Positions 46,297 to 56,845 of a stretch of DNA of 64,000 nucleotides are shown here, in pieces; the first letter of the stretch is position 1; each line of letters begins with the position of its first letter. The stretch is from Longimicrobiales bacterium (GTDB lineage Bacteria > Gemmatimonadota > Gemmatimonadetes > Longimicrobiales > Gaopeijiaceae), in assembly GCA_963664435.2 (NCBI GenBank), contig CAXXKM010000003.1, forward strand, positions 768,001 to 832,000. The letters run 5' to 3'. Made by a program: the position numbers and the translations under genes. The notes under the pieces are model-generated. The model searched no databases, was not told where the DNA came from, and worked only from the letters and a program-made list of their open reading frames with translations.

Positions 46297-47841
46297 CTAT
46301 TGCCCGTCCGCCAGCGTGAACTCCGAATCCACCATCGGCACGGAGCCGGTCGCTTCGTCGAGCTGCGCCCAGGCCACGAGGTAGTCGTATACCGCCTGCG
46401 CGTAGTTGAACTCACTCTGCCTGAGCGCCACCTCGGCGTCCGTCAGTTCGAGCTGGCCGCTCAGTCCTTCCCGGTACTGCGCGGCGGCGATTTCGAAGCC
46501 GCGCTGCGCCTGCGCGACCGCCAGCTTCTGGCCCCGCGCCCGCGCCCGCGCCTCGTCGGCCAGTTCGACCAGCGACTTGACCTGGCTGGCCGCCTGGTCG
46601 CGCGCAAGCCGCGACTGGGTCTCGGCCTGCCGCCACGCCGCCCTGCGCTGGTCGACCCGGGCGTCCTTGCGGAAGCCCTCGAAGATCGGGACGCTCACGG
46701 TAATCCCGACCGCCTGCGCCGACGCCCGCGACATCGGGTCGCCGAAGAAGTCGGGAGCCCCGTTCTGCTGGGCCTGGATCACGTAGTTGCCGAAGAAGGA
46801 GATGGTGGGCATGTACTGCATCTGTTCCAGCCGCATCTCGGAGTGGCGCAGCCGCTCGGTCATTTCCAGCTGGCGCAGGTCGGACCTCCGCTCCCATGCC
46901 TCCGTCACCCGTTGCTCGGCGGCGCCCTCCAGCGGCCCGGAACCGGCGAACGCGAGGATCGCGCGGTTGCCGGGAGTGTTCAGCGCCGGATCTTCCAGGT
47001 CCATCGTCGCCAGAGAGCCGGCCACTTGCAGGCTCTCCTGATCATCAACCGCGAGCTCCACGGCGAGCACCCGGCGGAACTGCGTTGCGGCGTTCTCGGC
47101 GCGGCGCAGGTTCGGCTCCAGGTTGGCGAGCTCGACTTCGATGCGGAGCATGTCGTAGTCCGAGGCCAGCCCCGCCCGGTTCATCGCCCGCGTTTCCTTG
47201 AGGGACTGGCGCACGCGCGTGACCGAATTGAGGGTCAGGCGCTCCTGCTCCTGCGCCAGCAGCAGATCGTAGTAGGCCAGCCGCACGCGCGTGACAAGGC
47301 TCTGGCTGCGTCCGCGCACGAATTCCTCCTGGATCGATGCCAGGCGCTGAGCCGCCCCCAGTCCGACGAAAACCCGAGCGTCGAAGAGGGGCTGTTCCAC
47401 ACTGATGCTCGTGTTCCAGCTGTTGTCCGCTCCGAACTGTACCTGGAGGAGCTCGTCGGGACCCGCATCGGGATTGAAGATAAAGGCCGGCAGGAAAGAC
47501 ACGGCGGGAGAGACGTTGCGCGTGTAGTCCGCGTTCATGCTGATGGTCGGCAGGACGCCGCCCCATGCTTCAGACACCTGCTCCCGGGCCAGGTCCAGGG
47601 CAAAGCGCGCATCCCGCACGTCGCGGTTGCGGCGGAGCGCCATGGAGACCGCGTCCGGGAGCGTAAGCGCCTCGCTCGACGGTACGGCGGCCGCACCCGA
47701 AGCAGGCTGCTGGGCGCCCAGAAGGGTTGGCAAAGCGCTCGCGACCGCCACGATCATCAAGAGAACAGTGTTCACAACTGCCCCCGTCACCCGCGCGTCG
47801 CGGGTGTTCCCCGTCCCCTCTCGCCCTGCACGTTTCATCAT
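46297..47841 (-). CDS. TolC family outer membrane efflux protein
   Basis: LTLPDAVSMAL..N, QPLFD, VPIFEG, YREG..QLELTDAE and YAQAVYDY. ATGA overlap with the tetR stop; a later start is possible. Confidence 0.92.
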   Translation of the reverse strand: MMKRAGREGTGNTRDARVTGAVVNTVLLMIVAVASALPTLLGAQQPASGAAAVPSSEALTLPDAVSMALRRNRDVRDARFALDLAREQVSEAWGGVLPTISMNADYTRNVSPAVSFLPAFIFNPDAGPDELLQVQFGADNSWNTSISVEQPLFDARVFVGLGAAQRLASIQEEFVRGRSQSLVTRVRLAYYDLLLAQEQERLTLNSVTRVRQSLKETRAMNRAGLASDYDMLRIEVELANLEPNLRRAENAATQFRRVLAVELAVDDQESLQVAGSLATMDLEDPALNTPGNRAILAFAGSGPLEGAAEQRVTEAWERRSDLRQLEMTERLRHSEMRLEQMQYMPTISFFGNYVIQAQQNGAPDFFGDPMSRASAQAVGITVSVPIFEGFRKDARVDQRRAAWRQAETQSRLARDQAASQVKSLVELADEARARARGQKLAVAQAQRGFEIAAAQYREGLSGQLELTDAEVALRQSEFNYAQAVYDYLVAWAQLDEATGSVPMVDSEFTLADGQ

Positions 47842-48521
47842 CCGTATACCTCGGTGTACTCGGTGGTCTGTGATTCGTCCGTCTCGGCGCCTCGGCCTTG
47901 CAGGGCGCCCTCGCTCTCCCGCGTCTCGCTCAGCAGCTTGCGGGTCCCGAGACCCAGCAGCATCCGTCTGGCCGAAGCCCGGTAGACTTCCCGGAACTCG
48001 GCCTCGCCGAGCTCCAGGAGCCCTCGCATGTAGATCGTGATCAGGCCATGGGAATGGGCCCACATGGTCATCCCCACGTCGCGGATGTCGGCTTCGGCCC
48101 GCAGGTACCCGGCATCGACGCACTCGCGAACCCGATCCATCCAGAACTGATGCGTAGCGTGCGCGTGGGCAGCCACTTCGGGCGGGTAGTCGGACCAGCC
48201 GAAGCGTTCCGGCGAGAGGTACATCATCTCGTACCAGCGCGGATGCGTCAGGGCGAAATCAAGGTTCTCCTCCCCGGCCCGCCGGAACCGCTCCAGGGGT
48301 GTGGCGGCCGAGAGCGCCCGGTAGATGTAGGTGGCCGACTGCCGGTAGGCTTCGCGCACGATATCACGCAGCACCTCTTCCTTGCTCGCGTAGTAGCGGT
48401 AGATCGCGGGCGCGGTCACGCCCAGCCTGCCGGCCAGCTTGCGCATGGACAGCGCCGGGAGTCCCCCGCAAAGGTAGAGTTCGGTCGCGTGGTTCCGGAT
48501 GTCGTCTCGCTGAATTGCCAT
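47838..48521 (-). CDS. TetR/AcrR family transcriptional regulator
   Basis: HTH LSMRKLAGRLGVTAPAIYRYYASKE; C-terminal WAHSHG. Confidence 0.92.
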   Translation of the reverse strand: MAIQRDDIRNHATELYLCGGLPALSMRKLAGRLGVTAPAIYRYYASKEEVLRDIVREAYRQSATYIYRALSAATPLERFRRAGEENLDFALTHPRWYEMMYLSPERFGWSDYPPEVAAHAHATHQFWMDRVRECVDAGYLRAEADIRDVGMTMWAHSHGLITIYMRGLLELGEAEFREVYRASARRMLLGLGTRKLLSETRESEGALQGRGAETDESQTTEYTEVYG

Positions 48522-48537
48522 GTGAACAGTGTAAACA
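48521..48537. promoter_or_regulatory. Candidate TetR operator abutting the tetR start codon
   Basis: TGTGAACAGTGTAAACA imperfect palindrome; related GAACAGTGTTCACA at 47763-47776. Confidence 0.5.
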
Positions 48538-48784
48538 AATCGCCCGGAGGGTTCAACGGCTTTCCCCTCGTCCGGCGTTCCGCCCGCTTCGGCACATCCT
48601 CCCGCGAGCGTCCGCTGCCGCCCCTCGACGCCGGTAACCCGGGTCGCTCCGCGACGTGGCATGCGTCCCCGCGGTTTTCTACCTTTCGAGGTTGGCTGGT
48701 AGTCTCGGAAAAGGCTCCCGCCACGTTGGAAGACCCCCGTCACTCCGAAATTGCTGCCGGAGATGTCCCATGGTACGCTCTGAC

Positions 48785-51205
48785 ATGCCCGCTCATCGGG
48801 TTCGCCCCCTCTCCCTCCTTCTCGTTCCGCTGGCCCTGGCCGCCTGCTCGGCCGGGCGCGCGGACCCCGGACCCTCCCCCTCGCCCGCCGCAGCGGAGCG
48901 GGACGACGACGCGATGGAGTCGTACGCGGAGGTGATCACGGCCGACGCCGTCAGCGACGACGGCCTCTTCGCCGTGCACCAGGTCGACACGGACTTCTTC
49001 TACGAGATCCCCGTCGAACAGTTCGGGCGCGAAATGCTGGTGGTGTCGCGGATCTCCCGCACGGCGGAGAACGTGGGCTGGGGCGGCGCCAAGGAGGGGA
49101 CCGCGGTGGTGCGCTGGCAGCGGCGGGGCGACCAGGTGCTGCTGCGCCAGGTGAGCCACGAGAACTACGCCGACCCGGAGAGCACGATCTACCAGTCGGT
49201 GCTGAACTCCAACTTCGAGCCGGTCATCCACGTGTTCGACATCGAGACCGTGTCCGAGGACTCGTCGGCGGTCGTCATCCAGGTGAACGACCTGTTCGAA
49301 AGCGACGTGCCGCTCTTCGGGATTCGTCCGCAGCGGCGGGAGGCGTACGAAGTTCGCAGCCTGGACGGGGACCGCACCTTCATCGAGTCGGCGCGCAGCT
49401 TCCCGCGCAACATCGAGGTGCGGCGAGTGGTCACCTACCAGGCCACCGAGGCTCCTTCGGACGCGGAATCCAACACGCTGTCGCTGGAGATGAACCACTC
49501 CATGCTGCTGCTCCCCGACGAGCTCATGCAGCCGCGCCTGTGGGACGAGCGGGTCGGCTTCTTCTCCGTGACCCGCACCAACTACGGGCTGGATGAGCAG
49601 CGCGCCGAGCAGGAGCGCTTCATCACGCGCTGGCGCCTGGAGCCCTCCGACCCGGAGGCGTGGGCGCGCGGAGAGCTGGTCGACCCGGTGAAGCCCATCG
49701 TCTACTACGTGGATCCCGCGACGCCTGAGAAGTGGCGCCCCTACATCATCCAGGGAGTGAACGACTGGCAGGTGGCCTTCGAAGCGGCGGGATTCAGCAA
49801 CGCCATCGAGGGGCGAGAGCCCCCTTCCCCGGAGGAGGACCCCGACTGGAGCCCCGAAGACGCGCGCCATTCGGTGATCCGCTACCTGGCGTCGCCGGTC
49901 CAGAACGCTTCCGGACCGCACGTCCACGACCCCCGGACGGGAGAGATCCTGGAGAGCGACATCCAGTGGTACCACAACGTGATGAACCTGCTGCGCAACT
50001 GGTACCTGGTGCAGACTGCGGCCAAAGAGGACAACGCGCGCGGGGTGAAGTTCGACGACGAGGTGATGGGCGAGCTGATCCGCTTCGTCTCCGCGCACGA
50101 GGTGGGGCACACCATCGGGCTTCCGCACAACATGAAGTCGTCGGCCGCGTACCCGGTCGACTCGTTGCGCACCAGCTTCACCTGTTCGATGGGCACGGCG
50201 CCTTCGATCATGGACTACGCGCGCTTCAACTACGTGGCGCAGCCCGGAGACGATGCCTGCGTGCTGCCCCGCGTGGGCCCGTACGACATTTACTCGGTCC
50301 GCTGGGGCTACCGGCCCATCCCGGAAGCGGGTTCGCCGGAGGACGAGCGGACGACGCTGCACCAGTGGATTCTGGACACCGGTGACGACCCCGTGTACCG
50401 CTTCGGCGACCCCAGCCAGGCCGACCCCGAGTCGCTCACCGAGGCCATCGGCGACGACGCCATGCGCGCGTCGGAGCTGGGCATCGCCAACCTGAAGCGC
50501 ATCGCGACGTCGCTGCGCGACTGGACCTACGAGGAGGGCGAGGGCTACGCGCAGCTGCGCGAGCTGCACCAGCAGATCGGCGGACAGTGGAACCGCTACT
50601 CGGGCCACGTGCTCACCAACGTCGGCGGGGTGCTCTGGAACCGGAAGAGCCAGGACCAGGACGGCTATCCCTACGAGCGGGTGGATCGGGAGACGCAGGA
50701 GCGGGCCATGGCCTACCTGGACGAGCAGGTGTTCCGGACGCCGTCCTGGCTGATCGATCCGGACATCCTCGACCGGGTGCAGGGGTCCGGCGCTCCCGAC
50801 CTTCTGGGGGGCTGGCAGGCCTCCGCCCTCAACCGCCTGCTCGACGTGGACCGCATGAAGCGGCTGATCGAGCAGGAGGCGTTCGATGGCGCGGAGGCCT
50901 ACGGGCTCAACGAGATGCTCGACGACCTGCGCGGCGCGGTGTGGCGCGAGACGGCGAGCGGCGAGGCCACGGATACCTACAGGCGCAATCTGCAGCGCGT
51001 GCATCTCGAGCGCTTCGCGGAACTGATGGAGGACGAGGACGCGCTGGCCACGGACATCGTACCGGCGGTGCGCGGGCAGCTGGCGACGCTGGCGGGAGAG
51101 GTGCGCGCGGGCGCCGGACGCACGCGCCACCGAGCCACCCGGCTCCACTACGAGGACGTGCTGGTGCGCATCGAAGCGATGCTGGATCCGTCGAACGGGG
51201 GCTGA
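48785..51205 (+). CDS. Zinc-dependent metzincin lipoprotein (DUF5117/DUF4953-type)
   Basis: LALAAC lipobox, DERVGFF, KPIVYY, DPRTGEI, HEVGHTIGLPHN, Met-turn SIMDY and GPYD..WGY. Confidence 0.9.
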   Translation: MPAHRVRPLSLLLVPLALAACSAGRADPGPSPSPAAAERDDDAMESYAEVITADAVSDDGLFAVHQVDTDFFYEIPVEQFGREMLVVSRISRTAENVGWGGAKEGTAVVRWQRRGDQVLLRQVSHENYADPESTIYQSVLNSNFEPVIHVFDIETVSEDSSAVVIQVNDLFESDVPLFGIRPQRREAYEVRSLDGDRTFIESARSFPRNIEVRRVVTYQATEAPSDAESNTLSLEMNHSMLLLPDELMQPRLWDERVGFFSVTRTNYGLDEQRAEQERFITRWRLEPSDPEAWARGELVDPVKPIVYYVDPATPEKWRPYIIQGVNDWQVAFEAAGFSNAIEGREPPSPEEDPDWSPEDARHSVIRYLASPVQNASGPHVHDPRTGEILESDIQWYHNVMNLLRNWYLVQTAAKEDNARGVKFDDEVMGELIRFVSAHEVGHTIGLPHNMKSSAAYPVDSLRTSFTCSMGTAPSIMDYARFNYVAQPGDDACVLPRVGPYDIYSVRWGYRPIPEAGSPEDERTTLHQWILDTGDDPVYRFGDPSQADPESLTEAIGDDAMRASELGIANLKRIATSLRDWTYEEGEGYAQLRELHQQIGGQWNRYSGHVLTNVGGVLWNRKSQDQDGYPYERVDRETQERAMAYLDEQVFRTPSWLIDPDILDRVQGSGAPDLLGGWQASALNRLLDVDRMKRLIEQEAFDGAEAYGLNEMLDDLRGAVWRETASGEATDTYRRNLQRVHLERFAELMEDEDALATDIVPAVRGQLATLAGEVRAGAGRTRHRATRLHYEDVLVRIEAMLDPSNGG

Positions 51206-52212
51206 CCTTCAACGCGCTTACCGCACCCCCCTTCCGGCCGCGCCCCTTCCGGCCACCCTGGTGGCTGAGGAACCCGCACGCCCAGACCCTCGCGGGGGTC
51301 TTTTTCCGCACGCCGGGCCGGGTCCCGCTCGAACGCCGCCGGCTGGACACCCCGGACGGCGACTTCCTCGACCTGGACTTCACCCCCGATCCGGGCCCGG
51401 ACGCCCCCGTCGCGCTCGTGCTTCACGGCCTGGAGGGCTACATCCGGCGCCCCTATGCGTCGGGCGTGCTGAGCCGCCTGTTCGACCGCGGCGTGCGGGG
51501 CGTGGGGCTGAACTTCCGGGGCTGCGGGGGAGAGCCGAACCGGACCGCCCGCTTCTACCACGCCGGGGACACGGGCGATCTGGCCTTTGTCACCCGGCAC
51601 CTCCGGCACCGCTATCCCGGGCGGCCCATCGGGGCGATCGGCTTCAGCCTGGGGGGAAACGTCGTCCTCAAGTACCTGGGCGAACGGGGCGCGGACAGCT
51701 CGATCGCCGCCGCCGCGACCATCTGCGTCCCCTTCGGTCTCGCGGCATCCTGCGACCGGATCAGCCATGGCCTGATGGGCGGCCTCTACACCAGCTACTT
51801 CCTGCGTTCACTGCGGCGGAAGGTGCGCGCGAAACAGCCGCTGCTCGAAGGGATCATCGACACCGGACCGGCGCTTCACGCCCGCACCCTGCGCGAGTTC
51901 GACGACATCCTGACGGCTCCGCTGCACGGCTTCGCCGACGCCGACGACTACTACGCCAGGTCGGACGCGCGCGCGTTCCTCGCGCGCATCCGGGTCCCGG
52001 CGCTGCTCATCCAGAGCCGCGACGATCCCATTTCGAGTCCCGTGGCAATCCCCGATGAGCAGGTGGCGGCCAACCCGCACCTGGTGGCGGCGTTCGCGCC
52101 CGGGGGCGGCCACGCCGGCTTCGTCGAAGGCCCGGTTCCGTGGCGTGCATCCATCCACGCCGACGGAGAAGCCGTCCGCTTCCTGGTGCACCATCTTCGC
52201 GCAAAAAGCTGA
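51202..52212 (+). CDS. YheT-like alpha/beta hydrolase
   Basis: FRPPWWLRNPHAQT, TPDGDFLDLD, HGLEG, GFSLGG, EFDD..TAPLHGF, DDP and GGHAGF. Start uncertain (CTG). Confidence 0.88.
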   Translation: MTFNALTAPPFRPRPFRPPWWLRNPHAQTLAGVFFRTPGRVPLERRRLDTPDGDFLDLDFTPDPGPDAPVALVLHGLEGYIRRPYASGVLSRLFDRGVRGVGLNFRGCGGEPNRTARFYHAGDTGDLAFVTRHLRHRYPGRPIGAIGFSLGGNVVLKYLGERGADSSIAAAATICVPFGLAASCDRISHGLMGGLYTSYFLRSLRRKVRAKQPLLEGIIDTGPALHARTLREFDDILTAPLHGFADADDYYARSDARAFLARIRVPALLIQSRDDPISSPVAIPDEQVAANPHLVAAFAPGGGHAGFVEGPVPWRASIHADGEAVRFLVHHLRAKS

Positions 52213-52491
52213 CCACGCCTGCCCCAACCACTTTCGGTGTCTCGCCCGAAGCCGGTCACGTCCCTTGACGAGTTGGGGTTCTCCTTGTAGCGTTCGCGCG
52301 TTTGCTCCGCCGGGCACTCACGGCCCGGCACCCAGATCCGCAGCTTGAGATTTCATCTGCCGTACGCATCATCCGCCGTAACCAATCGCCGCACAGGCCT
52401 TTTGCATTAGTCTCACCACCGTCGGGATCGCGCCGCTTGCGGCAATTTCTCGCCCTCTGCCGGTCCCGCGTCATCAGGAGGAAGAAGTAGA

Positions 52492-52704
52492 ATGAGAACG
52501 ACTGGAACCGTGAAATGGTTCAACGACGCCAAGGGGTATGGGTTTCTGGATCCCGAAGGGGGGAACCAGGACTGCTTCGTTCACTACTCGGCCATCTCGG
52601 GAGACGGTTTCCGCTCCCTGGCCGAAGGTGACCGCGTCGAGTTCGACATCGTTGACGGCCCCAAGGGCCCCGCGGCGGAGAACGTGACCCGGCTGGAATC
52701 CTGA
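52492..52704 (+). CDS. cspA: Cold-shock protein
   Basis: [21 protein letters not shown] and KGPAAENV; aggagg RBS. Confidence 0.96.
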   Translation: MRTTGTVKWFNDAKGYGFLDPEGGNQDCFVHYSAISGDGFRSLAEGDRVEFDIVDGPKGPAAENVTRLES

Positions 52705-52781
52705 ACAACCCGGGAAAGCGCTCCGGCGCTGACCCGGAAAAGCGACCGCGTCCTCCCGGCTCCGGCTGACGAGGCTGCGGC

Positions 52782-53294
52782 TCAGACTCGGAAGAAGGCT
52801 CGGCCCTGCCAGCTGTGGCGGGCCGGGCCTTCCCATTTTCCTTCCCTGAACTCGTCCAGCCGCGTGATGGTGTTGTTGAACACGGGCGTGTCCAGCGTCA
52901 CGTCTCCGGCGTCCGCCAGCTTCCTGAACCCTCCCCGGCTCACCCGCTCGACGCCGCGCGCGGACAGGTAGTACACCGGCGTGTTGTCCACCAGCCGCGA
53001 GCCGATCTCGGCCTCCAGCTCCTTCAGCATGTGCACCAGAGCGTCGATCGAGCAGCCCGAGGGAGGCGTCACGCTCTCGTCCACGGCAACCGCCAGGAAT
53101 CGGTCGTAGAGCCATGCCCGCCCGGCTGCCAGGGGAGCTCCATGGGCCTTCCACCGGGAAAGAAAGCCGTCCACGCGCGCGAGCAGCGCGGCGCGCGCCG
53201 GACCGGAGAGGGGATGCTCGCTCCCGAACACCCACAGCCGCGCCTGGTCGGGCAGGCGCTCGAAGACGGAATCGGTCTGCTCGGTCGTTTTCAT
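52782..53294 (-). CDS. Conserved hypothetical protein (WxAHG / SGCSID motif family)
   Basis: ARLWVF, WKAHGAPL, AVDE..SGCSID, VFNNT and SW motifs. Confidence 0.75.
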   Translation of the reverse strand: MKTTEQTDSVFERLPDQARLWVFGSEHPLSGPARAALLARVDGFLSRWKAHGAPLAAGRAWLYDRFLAVAVDESVTPPSGCSIDALVHMLKELEAEIGSRLVDNTPVYYLSARGVERVSRGGFRKLADAGDVTLDTPVFNNTITRLDEFREGKWEGPARHSWQGRAFFRV

Positions 53295-54356
53295 TTATTC
53301 CTCGCGCGCAAGGGAATCGCCCAGACCCTTCCCGAGCAGGACCGCCATCCAGCGGAGATCGGGGGTGTTCTCGAGCAGGATCTTGAGAATCATGGTCAGC
53401 GGAATCGACAGGAACATCCCCAGCGGACCCCAGACCCATCCCCAGAAGATGAGGGAGAGGACGACGACGAGGGTCGACAGGCCCAGTCGGCGCCCCATCA
53501 GGTTGGGTTCGATGATGTTGCCGAAGACGGTGTTGATGCCCAGGTAGACGACACCCACGCCCAACGCCGATCCGAGGCCGAACTGGATGAGCGCCAGCAG
53601 GACGGCGGGCACCGAGGCGATGACCGAGCCGATCGTCGGGATGTAGTTGAGGACGAAGCCGATGAGCCCGAGCAACACCGGGAAGTCGAGGCCGATGGCC
53701 GCCGCGAAGAGACCGATGGTGATCCCGGTGGCCAGGGAAACCAGCGTCTTGATGGTCAGGTAGGTCTGGACTTCGCGAACGATGTTGGTAAGCCTGATCG
53801 AGTCGCTCCCGACATCACCCAGCGCCATGCGCAGCTTGCGCGGGAAGACCGCCGCCTCGGCCAGAATGAAGACCATGATCAACAAGACCAGGAACGTGTC
53901 GGTCACCAGGGCCAGGACCCGCTGGATGGTGCCGGTGGCGAAGTCGAGTGCAGCTTCGAACGAGAAAAGGTCGGTCAGCGCCGCGAAGACGTTCCCCACG
54001 AGGGGAAGCTCGACCTCGGCCAGCCTCGCCTCCCATACTTCCCAGAGCAGCAGCAGACGGATCTCGTATGCGGGATAGCGGGCCTGGAACTCGGCGAACG
54101 CCTGGCTTGCGAGCAGCAGCAGGCCTCCCACCACGGCCGCCACCAGCAGCACGGAGATCAGGATGGCGAGCGGGGACGGGACGCCGTACCGGCGCAGCCA
54201 CATCATCACCGGAAGGGTCAGGATCGCGAGGACCAGTGCAAGGAAGAAGAGCGAGAGAATGCTTCCCGCCAGCTTCAGGCCGGCGACGACGACCACGACC
54301 GACGCGAGCACCCCCAGCACCCGGGCGCCTCGCTTGTCTTCCTGTCGTTCCAGCAT
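53295..54356 (-). CDS. AI-2E family transporter
   Basis: [30 protein letters not shown] and [18 protein letters not shown]. Start 54356 or 54371. Confidence 0.92.
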   Translation of the reverse strand: MLERQEDKRGARVLGVLASVVVVVAGLKLAGSILSLFFLALVLAILTLPVMMWLRRYGVPSPLAILISVLLVAAVVGGLLLLASQAFAEFQARYPAYEIRLLLLWEVWEARLAEVELPLVGNVFAALTDLFSFEAALDFATGTIQRVLALVTDTFLVLLIMVFILAEAAVFPRKLRMALGDVGSDSIRLTNIVREVQTYLTIKTLVSLATGITIGLFAAAIGLDFPVLLGLIGFVLNYIPTIGSVIASVPAVLLALIQFGLGSALGVGVVYLGINTVFGNIIEPNLMGRRLGLSTLVVVLSLIFWGWVWGPLGMFLSIPLTMILKILLENTPDLRWMAVLLGKGLGDSLAREE

Positions 54357-54369
54357 TCGTGATCTTTCC

Positions 54370-54738
54370 ATGAGTGAGACCGGAGCATCCGGGCGCTACG
54401 CCCTCCCCGAGTCCGACGCGGCGCTCCTGCGTGAATGCAGGGTCGATACTCTGCGCGCCGGAGGCAAGGGCGGGCAGCATCAGAACGTGACCGACAGCGC
54501 CGTCCGCCTCACGCATCTTCCCACCGGGATCGTGGTCGTGGCGCGAGAACGCCGCAGCCAGCACCGCAATCGGCAGGTCGCCCTGGCCAGGCTTCGCCGG
54601 CGCCTCGAGGAGCGCCTGGCGCCCAGGCCGGAACGGATTCGCACGCGCGTCCCCAGGGTCCAGAAGCGCAAACGGCTGGAGGCGAAGCGCAGGCGCGGTC
54701 AGTTGAAGCGGTTGCGGCGGAGGCCGAAGGAGGAGTAG
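54370..54738 (+). CDS. arfB: ArfB/YaeJ-like ribosome rescue peptidyl-tRNA hydrolase
   Basis: [28 protein letters not shown] and a highly basic C-terminal tail; 122 aa. Confidence 0.8.
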   Translation: MSETGASGRYALPESDAALLRECRVDTLRAGGKGGQHQNVTDSAVRLTHLPTGIVVVARERRSQHRNRQVALARLRRRLEERLAPRPERIRTRVPRVQKRKRLEAKRRRGQLKRLRRRPKEE

Positions 54739-54801
54739 GCGGGGGTCGCTCAGGCAGCCGGGTTCGCCGACCGCGCGCAACAGGAACCGTCGCGCGCTCG
54801 A

Positions 54802-56019
54802 CTATCCCCCTGGCGGTTCGATCCTCCAGACATCCACGTGGTCCAAGTCGAGGCTGTCCTGTCGGATCGTTATGAGATGATCGGCACTGAAGGCGGGTGC
54901 GGCGCGTTCCTTGCGCGGGGGTGCGGGAACGGTGCCGAGCAGTCGGCCTTCGGGATCGAAGAATTCCCACCGGTTCCCGGCGGTGCGGATTACTTCCACC
55001 CAGAGCTTCCCGTTGGGGTCGATGAACATGCCCTGGATGAAGGACTTCGCCTCCGGCCGGCTGGGTCGCCGGGGATCGCACTCCGCATCCGGCCGCTCCG
55101 CAACGAGTTCCTCGAAGTCCCGATTCCCGGCTGTCCATTCCTCGTCCGAAATGGGTTCTGACGGAAGGGGACGCTCGATCACGCGCAGGGTGTCGCCGTT
55201 GCGTCCGGTGACCGCAATTCGATAGGCATCCGTCATCGCCGAATACATCACTGCGCCGGGCCCGGCGTGCTGAGCCAGCCCCCGGCCGAACGGGATGGGG
55301 AATGAGGTGATCATGCCACCGTATTGGCAGATGATGAAGCCAGCCGGACCCGGCGGCGGCTGAAGCTGCGACAGCGTGTCGCCCGTCTCTCCGCGGCGGT
55401 CGTGGCCGACGAGCACGGAGGTGACCCCGGTTGCATCCCGGAGAAGCCCGAGTCTATAGAACTCGTCCGGACCGACGGGCATGAGCCGGATGCCGGCGGG
55501 GGAGCCGCTGTAGCTCCCCTCGATCAGCTGCTGGCCCAGCCACTCGCCGTCGGCCGAGAACTCTCCGATGCGCCCCAGGCTGGGATCCAGGGTCAGGAGC
55601 CGGTCGCCCATCCACGCGAGCGAATAGAGGCTGCGGAACTCCCCGGGTCCTTCTCCGTTTCGCCCGAAGGTGCGCCGGTGGACGCCGTCCAGACCGAAGA
55701 CACGGACTTCGTCGTTGAGGCCGTCGGCCACGAACACGGCCTCCTCGGGCCCGAGGGTGGCGCTGTTGACCCGGCCGAACTCCTCCGGAGCACCCGTTTC
55801 CGACAGCGACCTCGGTCCGATGGACACGACCGGGGTGAGCTGCCAGGCGGGCGCGGTTCCGGTGTTGGTCACGCGCGGCACTCCCCCGACCGTGTCGGTC
55901 GTGATGGTGAGGTCGCCCGCCGGCGGGGTTTCCGAGGCACAGCCCGAGGCGACCCCCGCGAGGAGCGCCAGAAGGACGGCGGGGGCGAACGGGAGCCTGA
56001 TGGGCGAGCCGAGGTTCAT
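54802..56019 (-). CDS. 6-bladed beta-propeller (NHL-like) lipoprotein
   Basis: ASGC lipobox, VFVADG..VRVF..G..FGRNGEGPGEF and GKLWV..FDPEGRLLG. Confidence 0.82.
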   Translation of the reverse strand: MNLGSPIRLPFAPAVLLALLAGVASGCASETPPAGDLTITTDTVGGVPRVTNTGTAPAWQLTPVVSIGPRSLSETGAPEEFGRVNSATLGPEEAVFVADGLNDEVRVFGLDGVHRRTFGRNGEGPGEFRSLYSLAWMGDRLLTLDPSLGRIGEFSADGEWLGQQLIEGSYSGSPAGIRLMPVGPDEFYRLGLLRDATGVTSVLVGHDRRGETGDTLSQLQPPPGPAGFIICQYGGMITSFPIPFGRGLAQHAGPGAVMYSAMTDAYRIAVTGRNGDTLRVIERPLPSEPISDEEWTAGNRDFEELVAERPDAECDPRRPSRPEAKSFIQGMFIDPNGKLWVEVIRTAGNRWEFFDPEGRLLGTVPAPPRKERAAPAFSADHLITIRQDSLDLDHVDVWRIEPPGG

Positions 56020-56316
56020 GATGTTCTCCCCCGGGGACAGGTCGCGAAGTGCATCGACAGCAACAGTAACCAGCGAGATTCGGGACAGCGACCGAGCGGA
56101 TGCCTTGGAGCAACGTCAGCGGCTGGACGAGCCCGCCTTCAGCGTCAGCAGCGACTGCGACGAAGCCGACTTCGAGTTCCAGAGCAATCTCGCCTCGCAG
56201 GGGGCGCCGGAACCAACATCGGGTTGACCGATTCGGTCGACGGAATTGGGGGCTTGCTCTATACTTTCGGCCTGCGGGCTGCCCCACCAACAATCACGAC
56301 GGAGAACGGACAGAGC

Positions 56317-56838
56317 ATGGTGAATTCGGTGCGAAGACCTCACTCGGACGAGTACGCCGACTTCTACGCGAGCTACGTCGCGGCGGTCGAGGAACCGCTC
56401 CTCGAGAGGCTGGAGGGCGAGGCCGCGGAGTGGCGCGACCTGCTCGCGGCCGTCCCGCCCGGCAAGGAAGGCTATCGCTACGCCCCGGGAAAGTGGTCGA
56501 TCCGCGAAGTCGTGGGACACGTCATCGATGCCGAACGGATGTTCAGCGTGCGCGCGATGGCTTTCGCGCGGGGGGACGCGTCACACTATCCGTCGTTCGA
56601 CGAGAACGCCTACGCGGCGGAATCCGGGGCCGACCAGCGCACCCTGGCCGACCTCTCCGAGGAACTGTCGGCGGTCCGGACGGCAACCCTCCTGCTGCTG
56701 CGCAGCTTTCCGGAGGACGCGTGGAATCGTCGCGGCGTGGCCAGCGGCAACGTCTTCACGGTCAGAAGCCTGGCCTGGATTATCGCCGGGCACTCCCGTC
56801 ATCACCGGAAGGTGTTGATGGAGCGCTATCTGGCGTAA
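56317..56838 (+). CDS. DinB family protein
   Basis: RP..DEY..FY..Y, YRYAPGKWSIREVVGH..DAER, FDEN and IAGHSRHH. Confidence 0.9.
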   Translation: MVNSVRRPHSDEYADFYASYVAAVEEPLLERLEGEAAEWRDLLAAVPPGKEGYRYAPGKWSIREVVGHVIDAERMFSVRAMAFARGDASHYPSFDENAYAAESGADQRTLADLSEELSAVRTATLLLLRSFPEDAWNRRGVASGNVFTVRSLAWIIAGHSRHHRKVLMERYLA

Positions 56839-56845
56839 TTCCGCG

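Noticed and set aside
41546..47985. Very long + strand ORFs (1318 aa, 966 aa) and similar long ORFs such as 14123-16432, 16612-18639, 28622-31027 and 48740-51148
   Set aside because: They are antisense shadows of well-supported genes, expected in high-GC DNA, and show no recognisable motifs.
56020..56316. Possible small ORF or ncRNA between the propeller lipoprotein and DinB
   Set aside because: Frames are open, but I found no convincing start, RBS, motif or structure.
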